Of a stretch of DNA of 64,000 bases, positions 49,901-63,600 are shown piece by piece (position 1 is the stretch's first letter; every line of letters starts with the position of its first letter). Position numbers and translations under genes: made by a program. The notes under the pieces were generated by a model. The model was given only the letters and a program-made list of their open reading frames with translations, was not told the origin of the DNA and made no database searches. This stretch comes from Heptranchias perlo. Its lineage: Eukaryota. The stretch spans positions 1,178,001 through 1,242,000 of the forward strand of contig NW_027138407.1 of NCBI RefSeq assembly GCF_035084215.1, in the 5' to 3' direction.

Positions 49901-52214
49901 AACCGATCAGGTTTTAGCTATCAGCAAAAACGGAACAGGCTGGGCTCTTTTCTTTAATCGGTATCCTCTGGTTACCGACCCCGCTACTGGTGGAAACAGT
50001 TTCTGCCGACGCACTCGATCAAACCCCGACATATCTTTGAGTGCTGCAGGACACAATTGCTGTGTCATCACTTTAGCGACAGTAAACTTGACAGATTTAT
50101 ACAGCAAAATGTTACATTGCATTTTAATTCTTCTTTATGCATCATCCCTAACATCATAGAATCATTGAATGTTACAACACAGAAGGAGGCCATTCGGCCC
50201 ATCGTGTCTATGCGGGGTCTTTTAAAGAGCGTTCCAATGAGTCCCACTTCCTCCTGCTTCTCCCCTGAGCACTACAATTTTCTCCTTTTCGAGTATTTAT
50301 CCACTTCCCTTTTGAAAGCTATAATTAAATCTGCTTCCACCACCATTTCAGGCAGTGCATTTTCAGATAGTAATAACTCGATAGTTAAAAAAAAATCGCC
50401 TCATCTCACCTCTGGCTCTTTTGCTAATTACCCTGAATTCTGCGACCCTCCTGCTAGTGGAAGCAGTTTCTCCTTATTTACTCTATTAAAACCCTTCATG
50501 ACTTTGAACGCCTCTACCAAATCTCCCCTTAACCTCCTCTGCTCTGAGGAGAGCAATACAAGCTGCTCCAGTCTCTCCACATAACTGAAGTCCATCAAAC
50601 CTGATACCATTCTCTTAAATCTCCTCTGCACCTTCTTCTATATCTTACAATTTTCTGTCCAAAGGTACCGCGCTCCGCAATAATCCATTGTTCCTGAAGA
50701 ACTCGGAGCGGTTTTTGCGAGACTTGAGAATCGATGGCACAAATCAAAGCTTTTTCTTTCTATTTTTGCTGTCGTACGTTGGAGTTTAAATAGTTTCAAA
50801 TGATCACTGTAAAGATACGATTTCTTCCTTCCTTTCTTCTTTCCTTCAACTACATTTCTTCCAGTTACAGTCTAAAATAAGATTAACTTATACAATATAT
50901 ATAGCCGTTTTACTTCAAACAGACAATAAAGTATTCCGGCACTTGAAGGCAAATTAAAATATCTTGTATATTTTACATGGAAATTATGTAATGCGAGATA
51001 GCTATCTACAGACCCCGGTCGTCATTGTCTCGACACTTAATTATCTTGACTCCGCTCTTTATTTGGAAATTAAATTCTGATGCCGAGTCCATACCTGAAG
51101 CGTGGACATTTTCATTCTGATCACGGAGCCTGATCAACAAGCTGCGCATGTCTCGCATTTGCTATTGAAACTTTCCAATTTGAACTTCACTTTACGGTCG
51201 TGGATTAAAGACTTGCACCGCCTTGTGGATGCTCAGCACATTGCGCTGCATCGAATTGCATGGAATGTCCAGCGCAGAAACGGCCATTCGGCCGAAATGG
51301 TCCATGCCGGTGTTTATGCTCCAGACCAGCCTCCTCCCTTCCCTCTTCATCTAACCCGATCAGCAGCGCCTTCAGTCCTTTTCTCCCAAAAGTACTTATC
51401 TAGCTCCGCCTAAAATGCACCCATGCCAGTCGCCTCAACTACTCAATGTGGTAGCGAGTTCCACAATCTCACTCCTCGCTGGGTAAAGGAGTTTCTCCTG
51501 AATTCATTATTGGATTAATTAGTGACTATCTTATATTTATGGCCCCTAGTTTTGGTCACTAGTTGCAATACCGGAGAAGAAAGAGTGGATGTTTCATGAG
51601 CAACAGGGAGGGAAATCGGAAGCAATGAAGCATTTACAAACAATATATTCTTTTCACTCCACACGAAGCCAACTTGAATTAACTGCTCTATTTTCACCGA
51701 ATTCCATGTTTTATTATCACTACCTTCTTATTTAAAACGCGAATGTAAATGTTGTTCATTGTGCCAGTTGCTGCAAGCATTTTTGGACAGGAAGTTGGAG
51801 AGGTATCAATGATCATTATGTATTGCGCCCTAATACCCGCTGTATTTACACACTGTTACAGTCTGGAACAAAATCACTTTGATGTGGTGAGCTGTAATGC
51901 TACGATCAGTATTTCTGCTTTCCAATTCAATTCATTCGAGCATATAATATTAAGAAAAACGGAAATATGACCAATGAAAGTTTCCACATTACCTATTTAT
52001 AACTCAAATATCTGTGGTATGTTTTGCATAATACCGACGCAGTGATGTATCTATATATTGTTTCCATATACGGTTGCGTGCATGTATATCTGGACCAATG
52101 TGTGCATCGAACTATCAATCCACATAGTGCATGAAACACCAATTTGTTATACTCGGGGGTGGCTACCTCGATAGGCAGAGAGATAAATGGGTAGATAGGG
52201 ACAGACAGATATTT

Positions 52215-52276
52215 GACTATTACTGCGCACTGAGCTCCACAGAGACAGGAAGCTGGGCTGACCCTGCACAAAAACT
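52215..52276 (+). pseudogene. Orphan V 3' stub (DYYCALSS) with near-consensus 23-RSS, unit B
   Basis: CACAGAG (52238-52244), 23 bp, ACAAAAACT. Confidence 0.8.
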
Positions 52277-55200
52277 GTCAGAGCGTAGCTCAACCTATCA
52301 GCTTTCGGATGACAGTGTGATCAGAGACCAGTCTCAGCTGCTCCGTATATTTGTGATCATTTTCTTAATCCATTCTCGGGATATGGACGACGCTGGCAAG
52401 ACCATCATTTATTGCCCGTCCGAGTTGCGCTTGAGAAGTTGATAATGAGCCGCCATCTTTTTCAACCGTTCCAATCCGTGTCGTGAAGATTCTCCCACCG
52501 TGCTGTTAGGCAGCGAGTTCCAGGTTTTGATCCAACGACGATGATGGAACGGCCGATGCACGTCCAAGTCGGGATGGTATGTGACTTAGAGGGGAACTTG
52601 GCGGTGATGGCATTCTAATGCACCCGCTGCCCTTGTCCTTCTAGATGGCAGAGATCGCTGGTTTGGGAGGTGCTGTCATAGAAGCCTTGGCGAGTTGCTG
52701 CAATGCATCCTGTCGATGTTCCAGGCTGCAGCCACAGCAGTCCGATGGTGGCGGGAGTTATTGTTTAACGTGGTGGATGATTACACATTGTAGGACATAG
52801 AATGTTACAGCTCACAAACAGGCCATTTGGGCCAACTGGTCCATGCCGGTGTTAATTCTCCACACTTCCTATTTCATCTAACCTTATCAGCAGATCCTTC
52901 TATTCCTTTCTCCCTCGTGTATTTACCTAGCTTATCCATAAATCCATCTGTGCTATTCTTCTTAACTACCCCATGCGGTTTTGTTAAGCAACCGTTCGAA
53001 GAGAAATAGTCTTAAATATCAAATCATGGAATGAAGGACTGACTCATAAAGAGACATAACTGTCATCCTCTTTTATTCACCCTTTCTCTCCATTCTCTCT
53101 TTCTCTCTGTTCGTCTTTCATTCTTTCTATCTCTGTTTATCTCTTTTCCTCCGTCCTTTCCCTCCCAGTCTCACTTCCTCAACATCGAACAGAACAGTAT
53201 TATATGTTTCTATCCGTTTCCATAGCCTACTCTTACTGTTTCTCTCTTGCTCATTCTGTCTTTGTATCCCTTTTTAGATCTCTATTTTTCTCTCCCTCTT
53301 TCTCTCTCTTGTTTGACATTCCCTCTTTCTATCATTGTCTGTTTCTGTCTCCATTGTTTCTATCTAACTTCACTTTCCATCTTTCTATCTCTATCTGTCT
53401 GTCGCTCACTGTCTCTCCCGCCTTCTTTTTCAATGTGTCTGAATTTGATTGCATTTCTCTGTCAGAATCTTACTGAGGATCCATCTTCCACCCTCTATAA
53501 ACGTCAGCCCATCCAAAATGCTGCTGTCCGTAAACTGACCAGCACCAAGCCCCATTCTCTCATCACTTCTGTGCTCGCTGACCTATTCTGGCTCCCGGTC
53601 CGACAACGATTCGATTTTTAAAAACTCATCCTTGTTTTCAGAACTCTCCATGTCCTCACCACCCCCTCCCTATCTCCGTGACCTCCGCCAGCCCTACATC
53701 CCTCTGAGATCTCTGTGCTCCTCCAATTCTTGGCTATTGCGCATTCCGATTTCAATCGTTCCACCATTGACCGCCGTGCCTTCAGCTGCCTCGGCCCTAA
53801 GCACTTGAATTCCCTCCCTAAAACTCTCAGCCTCTACATCTTTCTCCGCCTTTTCTACGCTCCTTGAAGCCTACCTCTTTGAGCAAGCTTTTGATCACCT
53901 GTCCTAATATCTCCTCATGTGGGTCGGTGCTAAATTTTGTTTCATAACGCTCCTGTGAAGCGACTAGAGACGCTTTGCTACATTAAAGGCGCTATATAAA
54001 TGCAAGTTGTTGTTGTTGTGATCCCTCTCTTTCTCTGCTCCGCAAATTCTACCCGCAGCATTACAGTAGGATATCTGAATATCTTTATCTCCATTTCACT
54101 ACTTTTTCCGCTCCTCATTCGCGGCCTCTCGTCTGAAACATTCCTACTGCGGAACAACATATCAGTGACAATCTTCTTATCTCACTCTTTCTCCCTCTGG
54201 TTCTGCCTCTCTTTATCTCTATTTCTTCCTCTTTCTCCTTTGCAGCCAATAAAACGGTCGTCAGGTGAAATTGAAATGTTATTTTATTCACAGAACTCAG
54301 AAACTGTTTACAGTGACATCGATAGAAAATAACACAAAGTAAAAACGGTACACATGTGTTCGATTGAAGAATTGTGATGTAGAAATTAGCTGTTTCACCA
54401 CATATAGAGGTTTCACTGTTGGAGGTTTACAGTTCATTGACCCGCGTTGATGTACGCAGCTTGGCAGTGATGAGGGAACCGCACTGTCCCGCTGCAGGAA
54501 GCGACGGTTTGATCTCTCTGTCTGAGGGAAAAATAAGTTGACATTCTTATGAAGAGTTGTGAATCAGGAACCCGTTCAGGGAAGCTTAACGGTTCTTGTG
54601 AAATCCCCTGATTCGCCACTTGATCAGAGATTTCTATCCCCGACCGTGGACATTACTCTAGGCCCTAGCGTTTCGTCTGAACTTCCTCCTTCCTCAATAT
54701 AACTCAGCTATTTCTTAAACACAAATCTTTTCAGTGAACTCTTTCTCAGGAAAAAAAAGTTTAATGTTGTAATCATGGTAGCTTGTTTGCACACAGCAAG
54801 ATCCCACATACAGTAATGTGTTAATCAAACAATAATCCGTTGGTTGAGAGTTCAATATTGGCCAGGCCACCGAGGAACTCCGCTGCTTTTATCCCATAGT
54901 GGCCGTAGTTTTTTTAATGTCTATTGGAGAGCGCAGACGGGGCCTCGGTTTCACGTCTCATCCGAAAAAACGGCACCTCCGACAGCATAGCGTTCCCTCA
55001 GTACTGGCTCTGAAACGTCAACCTGGATTCTGTGCTCAAGTCTTCCGAGGGTGGGGCTTAGAACCCACGAAATTCCGACTACAGAAGTCGAGAGTGCGAC
55101 TCACTGAGCCACGCCAGACACCTGACTGAGCGCCTGGCAATCTGAATTCCTTCGCTTCATTTGAAACAATTGTGGAGCAAACACCTGGACAAACTAGAGT

Positions 55201-55418
55201 CCTATTCGGGTATTTGGAAATAAAAAATATCCTCAACGGAAAGCTATGATTATATTTTGTAAAAATGTTACAATAACGTGGCTTATTTAAAACCCGATTG
55301 CGGTAAACACCGTATTTGTAAAATAGCCGTATAAAGATCCCAGCAGGTGATGCAAACCTCTTCTCTATTTCTGGAGCAGAATCTCAAGATCGCCCTGTTC
55401 GGGTAGAAACAGGAAGCT

Positions 55419-55457
55419 GGTTTTTGTACGAGGCTGCCTGCAGTTTGAGTCACTGTG
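55419..55457 (-). other. 23-RSS of V7
   Basis: CACAGTG, 23 bp, ACAAAAACC. Confidence 0.95.
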
Positions 55458-55906
55458 AGCTCAGCGCACAGCAATACACGGCGTTATCAATCAGTTCCAA
55501 GGCAGAGATAGTCAGACTGGTGAATCCGTCCGCTTTTTTCAGCACTGAAGAGAACCGTTTTCCGAGATTATCTGCTTTATATTCGGTACCATCACTGTAT
55601 CTCTGAAGGAGATACTCCGGTCCTTTCTGTGGATGTTGTCGGTACCAATTCAGGAAGTAGTATGCGTAGCTTGTGGAATAAGTACAGTCTAATGTCACGG
55701 TCGCTCCTTCTTTACGCTTTAATAAAGGCACCGTCTGTGTCACACTGTTACCATTAACCAGGACCGCTGCAATAGTCAAAACAAACGTAAACATGAAATC
55801 AGAGGAAAACAAAGATTAAGATGCATTTTTTTCCATACACTGTACAAAAATACTCACCCGGGAACAAATAAAAAAGTGTCCTCAGCAAATATATCCCCAC
55901 TAACAT
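55458..55906 (-). CDS. TCR V-alpha/delta segment V7 (leader 55858-55906, V exon 55458-55766), intact with YCC
   Basis: MLVGIYLLRTLFYLFP/AVLVNGNSVTQTV..TLDCTY..LNWYRQ..DNAVYCCALS. Confidence 0.9.
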
Positions 55907-56825
55907 GATAGCCATTGCCTGAGCTGAACTGTGTCGCCGCTTTCTTGTGAGAAACTGTCCTTGGATATGAGAGAGAAAGTGTCGGTCGAAAACCCGCTGC
56001 AAAACACAAGCTGCAGCTGGAATTAAAAGCTGGTGAAACGTCATCTTCAGGGGTAAAAGAAGGCGTGGACAAGAGAGCACATGACAGAAGACATCTTCAC
56101 CCACTGATCAGACAGGTGGACATGCAATCGAATGAGGAGGAACTGAACCCTAACTCACACGTTATGAGGAAAGAAAAGCAAAATGCTGGGAATTCTGGAA
56201 ATCTGAAATGAGATCAGAAAATGCTGGAAATACTCAACAAGTCAGTTTGCATCTGTGGAGAGAGAAGAACAGAGTTAACGTTTAAGGTGGCTGGCCTTTC
56301 GTCAGAACCTCCTCATAAGGAAACATTTGGAAAACATCAGTGTTGCCCACATTGTGCTGAGTAGGTGAATAACGTGGATCTGATTCTCGGCAGTTCATAG
56401 ACTGATACAAGGCAGAAGGAGGCCATTCGGCCAATCGTGCCTGCGCTTGTCATTCATTTAGGGGGCTGTCTGCAGATAAAAATTAAAACCGAATGTGTCC
56501 CCGCCGTTCAGTTCATTTCCTGAGGCAACAGATTGTGGGTACAGAATGAGAACTGGTTTTATATTTCTTTCCCTAAGGTTGAAGGTTAAGTTGCGCATTT
56601 AATAAACAGGGATTGGAAGTACCGTCCCATCAAACCTCTGATTCTGAAATTAACAGCACGATTATTGTTATTAATAATAAACATTAACATTCCTGTTCTG
56701 TATTGTCAGTTCAATTGTTGGTGATTTGCCTGTTTTTACACCGACAATCTTCTTTGATAAGTACCGACAGTTCTTGTTTCCCCCACACTGCCCGCTATCC
56801 TGTTGACCTGGTCACATTCCGGCAG

Positions 56826-57070
56826 TGTATTTGTACGAGGCTCCATCTGGTTCCTGTCACTGTGACTCTCAGCCTGCAGTAATATACCACGCTGTCCGAC
56901 CGCCGCAGGTCACTGACGGTGAATTTGCCCTCACTTTTCGAAGCGTCGAGAGATGCGTAAAATGGAGCCACTGACCACTCTGCTCTTTAAAAAGCCCCAT
57001 AAGTAGAGTTGTCGGTCGGGAATGCGGTGCCTTTCTCCCGGGCCTGAAGGTCCAGTTCAAAGTATCAGAG
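56826..57070 (-). pseudogene. 5'-truncated V pseudogene V8 (paralog of V4)
   Basis: ..ASLDASKSEGKFTVSDLRRSDSVVYYCRLR; RSS CACAGTG (56858-56864), 23 bp, ACAAATACA; 5' part replaced by CR1 debris. Confidence 0.85.
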
Positions 57071-57644
57071 TAAGTACAGCACACGAGAAGGCCACGAGGT
57101 CCACCCTGTCTATGCCGGCACTTTGAATGAGCTATCCAATTAGTCCCATTCCCGCGCTCTTTCCCCACAGCCCTGAAATTTTTTACCCTTCAAGTATTTC
57201 TTCAATTCCCTTTTGAAAGTTACCATTGAATCTGCTGTCACCACCATTTCAGGCAGTACATTCCAGATCATTACAATTCGCTGCTTAAAAAAAGGTTTCC
57301 TCGTGTTGCCTCTCGCTCTTTTGCTCACCGCCGTAAGTCTGTGTCCTGCGTTTCCCAATCCTTCTGCCACTGGAAGTAGTTTCCCCTTATTCACTCTGTC
57401 AATACCATTCATGATCCTTCCGAAAGTGTGGGGCCCAGAATTGAAAACAATACTCCAGCTGAGGCGTTACCAGTGTTAATAATGGTGTAGTATAAATCCC
57501 TTGCTTTTTTACTCTATGCCTCTATCAATAAAGCCCAGGATAACATATGCTTTCTTAACAACCGTCTCACGTTGTCCTGCCCACTTCAAATATTTGTTTA
57601 TGTGCACCCCCAGGTGTCTGTGTTGCTGCACTCCCTTCAGGCGG

Positions 57645-60600
57645 AGGGAACCATGGAGTTCTGGCCAGGAGGAGAAGGCTCCCGTGGCCCTGGATTGTGC
57701 AGGAAGAAAGGCAGTTGGACCCCACGGGTGTGGACCACCCCGCTGGCCGATAGGGGATCGCCGCCCAATTCAGAACCAGGCCTGATTTCAATCTCAGAAT
57801 ATGTCGTTGCCTCTGAATGTCCTCGGGGAACTAGGGATGGGCAGTAATTACAGCCGTATCAGGAAGCCAGCCCGCCTGATAATCCATCCATTGAAATTAG
57901 CGGAACAAATATCCGGCGGGTTCTGTTCGGGGCGTTCCAATCATTCCGGCGGATCTCCTTTGCTGTGCCCCATCCGGGTGTTGCTTCAGGCCCAGGGGAT
58001 AAAGGCTAAAAGATAGCCCAGAATGCAGTGAGCAAAGCACTGAGGTGCAGAAATTTAGCTGGGTAGATTTTCACCTGTTTCCCGTGCCTTCAATTATCCG
58101 CTCGACCCTCGACCGTTCATAGGACCATGGTAAACGAACTCATTATTTCCCGCAACTTTCAGATATGCAAGTCCACTCCACACTCTTCCCTTCCTCCAAC
58201 AGTCTACGAGCTTTTAAGGCCTAAATTTGTTCTCACTTTATCACCAATTATTGACCTAGCGAGCCTTCTCTTCACTTCCCTTTAAAACGGGGAATGGCAC
58301 TTTGGGCCTTTCACCTCAATCTAAACACCAGTGGGTGAGTGAACGCGAATGGGAAATGCGCCTCGTCCAAGATTATGTTGACATCTACATTTTTTCAGTG
58401 GATTACTCCTATCACAACTGATCGATTAAAGCATATCCTGAGTGGGCAACCGAACAACAGACACGGTTTTCTGCCTACTCCGAAAACTGGTCTCAGTTGT
58501 TTCTCCCAGTGACCTGAAGTGTGTGCCGTAGCAGTTAAAAGAAAGAAAGAAGGAAAGAAAGAAAAAAGCAGCAAGATTTTGTATTGTGCTATTGCCAGGA
58601 CAATTCAAATAATCTAATTTCATGCTCTAGTTTGTGCATTTAACAAGAAGAGAATCTGACTTGAAAGCGGATTTGATGGTCCAGTACTTTGAGAGTTAAT
58701 CCAAAACATAGTGTGCAGTGAGCTCAGCTGCTGCAAATAGCTTAGTGCAACAGAGCCCCATCTGTAATATCATTGATTGACTGTCATGACGTAGAATGAT
58801 GTGTTTAAGCTGAAAATATAAACGCCTCACTTATCAGAATGATGAAGCACAGAAGGAGAGCCTTCAACCCATAATACCCGTGCCGGCTTTTGAAACAGCT
58901 GTCCAATTAGTCCCACACACCTGCTCTCACCACAAAGCTCTGCAAATTTCTCCCTCTCAAATATGTATCCAATGACCTTTTGAAAGCTACTATTGAATCT
59001 GCTTCCACCAGCCTTTCAGGCAGTGTATTCCAGATCATAATAACTCGCTGCATAAAACAATTTTGCTCTTCTCCCATCTGGATTTTTTTGCAAATTACCT
59101 TAAATGTTCCCCTGGATTCAGTTTCTCCTTATTACTCTTTCAAACTCCTTCATAATTGTGAACGCCTCTATTAAATCTCCATTTAACCTTCTCTGCTCTC
59201 AGGAGAACAGCCCAGCTTCTCCAATCTCTCCACGTAACTGAAGTCCCTCATCACTGGTACCATTTTTACAAATCTGCTCTGCACCATCTCCAAGGCCTTG
59301 ACATCCTTCCTAAAGTGTGCTGCCGAATACTAACGCTGAGGCCTAACCAGTGAATTGTAAATTTGAGCATCCGTTTACTAAGCTTTGCCCCGTTCAACAC
59401 CAAATGCATTTGAATCCGAACCTTTATTTAAAGCAAGCTGATATATTAATAATCTGAAACCCTGACTCTCACTTTATTGACACAAAGTTCCTTTATAAAA
59501 ATTAAACTACCCCAAAATTCAATACGTTTATTGTTAGTTTGCTTTCCGTATCCAGTATGTGGCGGGGTGGGTGGGGGTGGGGGTGGGGTCGGGGGATGGG
59601 TGCTTGGGGACGGTGTGTGGCATGGAGTGAGTGAATAGCAGTTGGAGTTTTGTTTCCGATTTGTGGGAACTAACTGATCAGTAACTATGAGCAAACAGAT
59701 TTCTTTTTTATATGAACAGTTCTGAATGGCGCTACTTTTCTTCCACGTTTCCTCTTTACTTTTGTACTGTGGTATGCATGTCGGGCGCTCTCTATTGGCT
59801 GCCTGTTGCAATGGATAATGTGCATTTTGAAAGTCAGATCGTGCATATGTAACGTATTCAGAAACGTCTCCTAAAGTTATTTCTTTCATTCTGCAATTGG
59901 ACACTTGAATCTTCACAGGTTCAGCTTCAATGCTAACCAATCAGATTGTGCATATCAGCAAGGACTGAACAGGCTGGGCCATTTTCTTTAATCCGTGTCC
60001 ACTGGTTACCGACCCTCCGACCAGTGGAAAAGGTTTCTGCCAATTGTCTCGATCATAACCCTTCATATCTTTGAGAGCTGGAGGAAACAATTGCTGTGTC
60101 GCCACTTTAGGGACAGTGAACTTCATAGATTTATAGAGAAAAATATTGCACAGTAATTCTATTCGTTTTGATGCATCATCCCTACTATCATAGAATCATT
60201 GAATGTTACAACACAGAAGGAGGCCATTCGGCCCATCGTGCCTATGCCGGCTCTTTGAAAGTGCGAAACCATTAGTCCCACTTCCTCCTGCTTTTCCCCA
60301 AAGCATTGCGATCTTCTCCCCCTCGAGTATTTATCCACTTCCCTTTTGAAAGTTACCATTCAATCTGCTTCCACCACCATTTCAGGCAGTGCATTCCAGA
60401 TCATAATAACTCGATGGGTAAAAACAGTTCTTCTCATCTCACCTCCGGCTTTTTTGCCAATTACATTAAATTCTGCGTCCCTCCTGCCAGTGGAAGCAGT
60501 TTCTCCTTATTTACTCTCTTAAAACACTTCATGGCTTTGAACACCTCCATTAAATATCCCCTTCATCTTCTCTGCTCCAAGGGGAACAATCCCAGCTTCT

Positions 60601-63600
60601 CCAATCTCTCCACATAACTGAAGTCCCTCATCCCTGGTTCCATTCCAGCAAATCTCCTCTGCACCATCTTATACACCTTACAATTTTCTGAAACAATCCA
60701 TTGCTCCTGAAGAACTCTGAACGGTTTTTGTGAGACGTGAGAATGGATGGCACAAATCAAAGCTTTTTCTTTCTATTTTTGCTGTAACACGTTGGAGTTT
60801 AAATAGTTTCAAATTATCACTGTAAAGATATGTTGTTTTCCTTCCTTTCTTCTTTCCTTCATCTTCATTTCTTCCAGTTACACTCTAAAATAAGATTAAT
60901 TTATACTCTATATATAGATATAGACGTTTTTCGTCAAAGAGACAATAAAATATTCCTGCGCTTGAAGGCAAATTGAAATATATTATATATTTAACATGCA
61001 AAATATGTAATGCGAGATAGGTATCTAAAAACCCCGGTGGTCATTGTCTCGGCAATTAATTGTGTCGAGTCCGCTCGTTGTTTGGAAATTAAATTCGGAT
61101 GCCGAGTCAACATATGAACCGTGGACTTTTTCATTCTGGTCACGGAGCCAGATCAACAAGCTGCGCATGCCCAGCATTTGCTTTTATCCTTTCCAATTTG
61201 AACTTCTCTTTCCGGTGGTGGATTAAAGAGTGCACCGCCTTGTGGATGCTCAGCACATTGCGCTACATCGAATTACATGGAATAAACAGCACAGAAACGG
61301 CCATTCGGTCCAACTGGTCCGTGCCGGTGTTTTGCACCACACCTGCCACCTCCCAATCTTCTTCATCTAACCCTATCAGCAAAACCTTCTGTTCCTTTCT
61401 CCCTCATGTACTTATCTAGAATCGCCTAAAATGCACCCATGCTATTCGCCTCAACTGCTCCCTGTGGTAGTGAGTTCCACATTCTCACGACTCGCTGGGT
61501 AAAGGAGTTTCTCCTATATTCCCGATTGGATTGATCAGAGACTATCTTATATTTATGGCCCCTAGTTTTGTTCTGTAGTTGCAACACCGGAGAAGAAAGA
61601 GTGGATGTTTATTGAGCAACAGGGAGGGAAATCGGAAGCAATGAAGAATTTGCAAACAATATATTCTTTTCACCTCCACACCAAGCCAATTTCAATTAAC
61701 TGATCTATTTTTAATGAATTCCATGTTTTATTATCGCTGCTTTATTATTTTAAACGCGAATATAAATGTTGTTCATTGTGCTAGTTCCTGCACGGATAGG
61801 TGGACAGGAAGTTGGAGAGTTATCAATGATCGTTATGTATTGCGCCCCAATACCAGCTGTATTTGCATACGATTACAGACGAGAACAAAATAACTTTGAT
61901 GTGTTGAGCTGTGTTGCTACGATCAGTATTTCTGCTTTCCAATTCAATTCATTCGATATCATATTAAGCAAAACGGAAATATGACAAATGAAAGTTTCCA
62001 CATTACCTGTTAATAAGTCAAATATCTATGGCATGTTTTGCATAATACCGATTCAGTGATGTATCTCTATATTGTTTCCATATAAGTTTGTGGGCATGTA
62101 TATCTGGGCCAATGTATGCATCTAACTATCAATCCACATAGTGCATGAAACACCAATTTGTTATGCTGGACGGGAGCTACGTCGGTAGGCAGAGAGATAA
62201 ATAGGTGGATAGGGACAGACAGATATTTGACTATTACTGCGCACTGAACTCCACAGAGGCACGGAGCTGGGCTGACACTGCATAAAAAATGTCAGAGCGT
62301 CACTCAACATATCAGCTTTAGGATAACAGTGTGATCAGGGACCAGTCTCAGCTAGTCCATATATTTGTGATCGTTTTTTTATCCATTCTCAGGATGTGGG
62401 CGTCGCTGGCAAGGCCATCGTTTATTGCCCGTCGAAGTTGCGCTTAAGAAGTTGGTGGTGAGCCGCCTTCTTTTTCAACCGCTCCAGTTCGTGCAGTGAA
62501 GGTGCTCCCATATTGCTGTTAGGCAGCGAGTTCCAGGTTTTGATCCAAAGACGATGGAAGATCTGCCGATATATGTCCAAGTCGGGATGGTCTGTGACTT
62601 GGAGGGGAACTTGGAGGTGATTTTGTTCAAATGAACCCGCTGCCCTTGTCCATCTAGATGGTAGAGATCGCGGGTTTGGGAGGTGCTGCCGGAGAAGCCT
62701 TGGCGAGTTGCTGCAATGCATCCTGAAGATGTTCCACACTGAAGCCACAGTCGGCCGATGGTGGCGGGAATTATTGTTTAACGTGGGGGATGATTAAACA
62801 TTGCACGACACAGAATGTTACAGCTCACAAACAGGCCATTTGGGCCAACTGGTCCATGCCGGTGTTTATTCTTCACACTTCCAATTTCATCTATCCCCTA
62901 TCAGCATATCCTTCTATTCCTTTCTCCCTCGTGTATTTATCGAGCTTCCCCTTAACTCCATCTGTGTTATTCATCTTAACTAACCCATGCGGTTTTGTTA
63001 AGCTACCGTTCGAAGAGAAATAGTCTTAAATATTAAATCATGGAATGAAGGACAGACTCATAAAGAGACATAACTGTAATCCTCTTTCATTCACTCTTTC
63101 TCTCCTTTCTCTCTTTCTCTCTTCTAGTTTCATTCTTTCTACCTCTGATTTTCTCTTTTCCTCCGTCTTTTTCTCTCCCAGTCTAACTTCCTCAACATCA
63201 AACAGAACAGTATTATATGTTTCTATTCGGTTCCATATCCCACTCTTATTATTTCTCTCTTGCTCATTCTGTCTTTGCATCCCCTTTTCGATCTCAATTT
63301 TTCTCTTCCTCTTTCTCTCTATTGTTTGACATTCCCTCTTTCTATCAATGTCTGTCTCTGTGTCCATCTTAAATTTCCATCTTTCTTTCTCTATCTGTCT
63401 TTCGCTCTCTGTCTCTCCCGCCTTGTTTTTCAATGTGTCTGAATTTCACTTGGTTTCTCTGTCCGAATCTCACCGAGGGTCCATTTTGCACCCTCGATAA
63501 ACTTGAGCTTATCCAAAACGCTGCTGTCCGTAAGGTAACTCGTACCAAGCCCCATTAACTCATCACCTGTCCTCGCTGACCTATTTGGGCTCCCCGTCGG

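Larger units (their letters stand above)
47520..57640. repeat. Segmental duplication unit B (about 10.1 kb)
   Basis: Anchor GGAG.AGAAGGCTCC..GGAAGAAAGGCAGTTGGACCC at about 38435, 47557 and 57667. Confidence 0.92.
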
